Source: Paramecium tetraurelia (taxonomy: Eukaryota). Taken from it: a stretch of DNA of 55,213 bases. Shown here one piece after another: positions 51,600 through 55,213 of this stretch. Position 1 is the first letter of the stretch; each line of letters opens with the position of its first letter. A program made the position numbers and the translations under genes. Below the pieces are notes generated by a model, which was not told the origin of the DNA, did no database searches, and saw nothing but the letters and a program-made list of their open reading frames with translations. Location: the NCBI GenBank assembly GCA_000165425.1, contig CT868008.1, positions 620,001-675,213 of the forward strand, given 5' to 3'.

Positions 51600-53215
51600 A
51601 ATTAAAGGATAGTCTGGAACAAATTTACTACTGAAGTAGAATTATTTTTTCTAAATTCGTTAAGGAAGTATGGATATTTAATAAATTTTGGCATTTAAAC
51701 ACAGCTATAAATTGAAATTTATATTTGTAGATATACTTATCGTTGTTATTATGGATAAAGGAATTCAATTAAAGCACTAATCTATCAGTAGTGCTTAAAT
51801 GGCTATAGTTGAGCCTTATTATTAATATCAAATGTTTGAAATTAAAAATTAGGTGAGTTTAGCCTTCATTAATTTGTTTTATTTCTTTAACCTTAATGCT
51901 TTGGAGTTTAATTTGATAATGTCTCTAATTCTGCAATAGCCATTTATGCTTCCTCTTTCACCTTGATTTCAATGAATGCAACTAAATATTCTATAACCAA
52001 TATGATGCCAAATCCACTATCATAGCTTCAGATGGATTTGAAGCCTCAACTACAATTTTATTGAGTAATTTCATTGTTATGGGTTCCGACTTAACTACTA
52101 GACCAAACCATGTTGTTTTCTCCTAACTCCAAGGGAAGCACAAGAAAGGAGTAGTTTACCATTACTTTCTTAGTTTTAATATAACGCCGACAGATTGTAA
52201 TTCTTCTCAGAATATTGAATCCAAGAATTCCAGTTTTTATTTAATTGATTATTTTTGGATTGAGACTATAAACACAGGAGGTATTGACAAGTTTCCTGTG
52301 TGATCAAGTGATGTAAGACTCATTGAAATATGTTTGGGAATCCATTTCCTACTCTCATACAAATGAAGCTTAGTTTGTTTGTTTATGGCATACATTTTTG
52401 TATTTTTTTCTCATCATCACTTCCCTGACTATCAGAAACAAATACTACTGTTAAATCACTTGATATCTCTCTTTTCTTAATATCTTAATCTAAGGCAATA
52501 AATGAGTATGTTATGTTGGTAATTAATAAATTAATTTTATAAGTAATTGGTAAACAGACTTACGTAATTAATTTACCTATTTGGTTTTAACAAACATAAT
52601 ACCTAGTTATAGCAGTCGTGTTTTCTTTATAACCAATTATTACAATGACAAAATTTTTGAGTTATTTTACACTAATTATTCAATTTGAATCAATAAAGCA
52701 GAAGTTGTTTTCCAAAGATTTTTAAAGGATTGAACTCTAGTGATCCTATTCTATTCTGTGTTCATCATAGTCTTCATTTGCAACAGCTTAAGTGTGATTT
52801 GATAGAATATTCTTACAAAGAGCTTAATTAAAAAGAGCTCCTTTTCATTTTTTTATAGAGTTTTACTCTAGTAATACATGTAACATCTCCTTCAATAGAA
52901 TCTCGCTGATATTTATAGCATAGAACACTTTCATCGAGCCTTTGGAAAGTATTGCGAATGCAGAATGCTCTTTTAAAGAATCACATAAAGCAGTTGACTT
53001 TTAGTGCTTATTTATAAAACACTTCCACCATTCAAAATAGCATCGCATGTTAAATTAGAGCTTTTGTGCCTAATTATATTTAATCTGATAATATTGCGTT
53101 TCTTCTAATATCAGTTCTAGAAATGAATAAAAAAATGGTATATCATCTAATCCATTTCCCCCCCCCCTCGATATAAGTAAAGCAGCTTTTAGTGAAAGCA
53201 GTTTAGACATAGTCA
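51600..53215 (-). pseudogene. von Willebrand factor A (vWA) domain gene remnant
   Basis: TNITYSF..DLTVVFVSDSQG..LSFICMRVGNGFP|ISMSLTSLDHTGNLSIPPVFIV, typical of vWA beta-strand motifs, with a frameshift after GFP and many TGAs; boundaries approximate. Confidence 0.55.
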
Positions 53216-54431
53216 TTTCATAATAACTTGAATTCTCTAATCCTACTGTTCATTTCAATCACATATTTTAATTGCAAATTGTAATTTATCCATAAGGTAA
53301 TGGATATATTATCATTAATATATTTTATATTTTTCATTTTAATTATCTTACGGAGTAAAGAATGACTTGGAGTTTTTCAAGTTAAATCTCAAAATTACCA
53401 TATCTTACGCATTCAATAGTGATTGGAAATTTCATAGTGCTCAATATCCACTGCTTTTATGATGCAATATGATTCGAAAACGCACTTCACTTAAAAACAA
53501 AACAGGCAAGGCAGATAATATTAACACATAAGTGCCGATTACATTAGCATATAAAATGCTTCTTATATCAAGCTTAAATAATTATGATAATTTCATTCTT
53601 ATATGAACTAGTAATAAATATCAAACTTCATACAACTACTCTTGCACATAAGAGTATAAATATTTTCTATTTATTATTACACAACACTTATCGTCTATTT
53701 CTGATTTAATAGAGTGCAATACAAGGAAGGAAATTGTAATTTGATTTTGAAAAAATTCAAAAAAAAATCCTTGTTCAAAAAAAAATATTTAGCCTTAAAT
53801 ATACCATCATAAGGTTATAAAAATAGAAATTTGAGATAGTTGTTTACCCTTTTCATTCAAATTAGGGAATTGGAAATTAGATTTTCAAAACAAACACGCA
53901 AGGAACCTAGAGATAGATTCTTTATTTGAATTATATCTAGAGTACATGAATTGAGAAATAAACCACTGCTTTGTATGTGGTTTTTATAGAAACGATTCTA
54001 GCTATTCTCAGTTCTTGATTGTTCATAAAATAATCTAATGGTTGTGAATTTCTAAACTCTGGAAACACAAATTTCATTATAAAGCTCAAATGAATCATTA
54101 GAATATTCCATTAGGATTCAAAAAGACTTGTCTAAGAATATTAATGATAACAATATTACTCATCCTAGTACTAATAATTTTAATTATTTACAAATTATTT
54201 TATTATTTAAATAACTTTATAAAATTATGCACCATCAAATAAATGAAAACTATGTCAACTCTTATACTAAGCATATGAAGGGCAAAAGATGGATTATGAC
54301 TACAGCCGACCCAATAAATGTTTCAAATTTAACTATTCTCAGACATCTAAATATAAATGAAAAATGAATTTTTTCGTAATTTCTCTATCTAAAGTCATAT
54401 ATGACTTTCATGTGATGAATTAGTAGAGATT

Positions 54432-54773
54432 ATGAAATGTGATTTATCAAAGGAATCGTTGGACATCTCTGATGAGCTTAAATAACATATGGAAATAGTG
54501 AAGAATCATTTGATTCAAAATTAAATGGAACTCCATCTCTTCTTAATAAATACTTATTTCGAGATGGTTCCAAATAATGGTAAGGATAGGGATGAAATTG
54601 TAAAAGGATTGTTTGAGTGGTCTACTCCCGTTCGAAGATTGAAGTCAAGTCAAATGAAGAATTACTTGAATCATTATGGATTTGGTAAAGACTCCTAAAC
54701 TGAGAGAGATAAAGTAAATATATATCTCTCTCGTTTATAGAAGAAGGCTAAAAATCCTGGCGGCGAATTATGA
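54432..54773 (+). CDS. Hypothetical protein or fragment of a decayed gene
   Basis: MKCDLSKESLDISDELKQHMEIVKNHLIQNQMELHLFLINTYFEMVP...GLFEWSTPVRRLKSS...; the upstream in-frame extension has three TGAs and a coding-like tail continues in another frame. Confidence 0.4.
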
Positions 54774-55213
54774 AGACCTTCACGCGAAGGGCCACTTTAG
54801 TAAACGCTACCTCTAGAGAGACCCTCACAAATGGTTTGGATACTATATATATTCTATTTATAATAAAATTGAAAATGGTTTAGTAAGATTATTTATATTA
54901 AGAATATTTTTATGTAATAAAACTAAACTTAAAACTTAAGTAAAAAATTCTAAAACAATTAAACAAACATATCTATAAAAAATCAAAATTAAATTACAAT
55001 TTCCTTATCTACACCCTAACAGAAATTCTTATCCCATTATTAATATATTTAATTATAAAACATAAGGAAATCTGACGAGAATTCAATTTTAATATCTTTT
55101 TCTATCTCTTCAAATTCCTCATTTGTTTTATTTCTTAAGAATTTAGAATTACTTTATTTATAGCAATAATTATATTTTTTTCTAGAACATAGTAAAATAA
55201 TAATTCACTTGTA

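Noticed and set aside
53158..53167. C10 homopolymer as a possible telomere-addition or G-quadruplex signal
   Set aside because: A single run, not a TT(T/G)GGG telomeric array; it lies in a decayed pseudogene, consistent with slippage
54243..54404. Three in-frame TGA codons as possible selenocysteine or readthrough
   Set aside because: No redox (UxxC/CxxU) context and no recognisable SECIS; non-coding upstream sequence or pseudogene decay is simpler
1..55213. tRNA, rRNA, CRISPR arrays, transposases, prokaryotic operons
   Set aside because: No cloverleaf/T-loop signatures, spaced direct repeats, DDE or RT motifs, or terminal inverted repeats were seen by eye; small ncRNAs cannot be excluded without a covariance-model search

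Overview
AT-rich, gene-dense ciliate macronuclear DNA, almost certainly Paramecium. The genes read through only if TAA/TAG = Gln and TGA is the sole stop (code 6). Introns are tiny GT..AG introns of about 21-35 nt, and a trichocyst-matrix-protein gene remnant is present. The supplied ORF track uses the standard code and is therefore mostly fragments or antisense artefacts. Manual code-6 translation gives about 30 genes: dynein LC7/roadblock, two non-RD kinases, a B-box/ePHD protein, Tim17, NudC, a GPR180/TMEM145-like 7TM protein, a membrane-anchored TTL-family ligase, WD40 proteins, a Dpy-30 (RSP2-like) protein, proteasome beta5, a PZP+PHD protein with a C-terminal PIP box, a CCCH protein, PP2C, an IQ-MORN protein, a catalytically dead S10 carboxypeptidase homologue, histone H2B, a TBC GAP, Hop2, KAP3, a Rac/Rho GTPase, CAP and several hypotheticals. 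Several decaying pseudogenes are interspersed. I saw no rRNA, tRNA, CRISPR array, telomeric array or transposase. I found no clear multi-gene novel system. The best leads are single genes: a 69-aa CaaX microprotein with a G-gamma-like layout, the PIP-box PZP chromatin reader, the signal-anchored TTL ligase and the S10 pseudo-enzyme, plus extreme gene packing (0-16 bp spacers). Product calls are from motif recognition by eye, not database searches.
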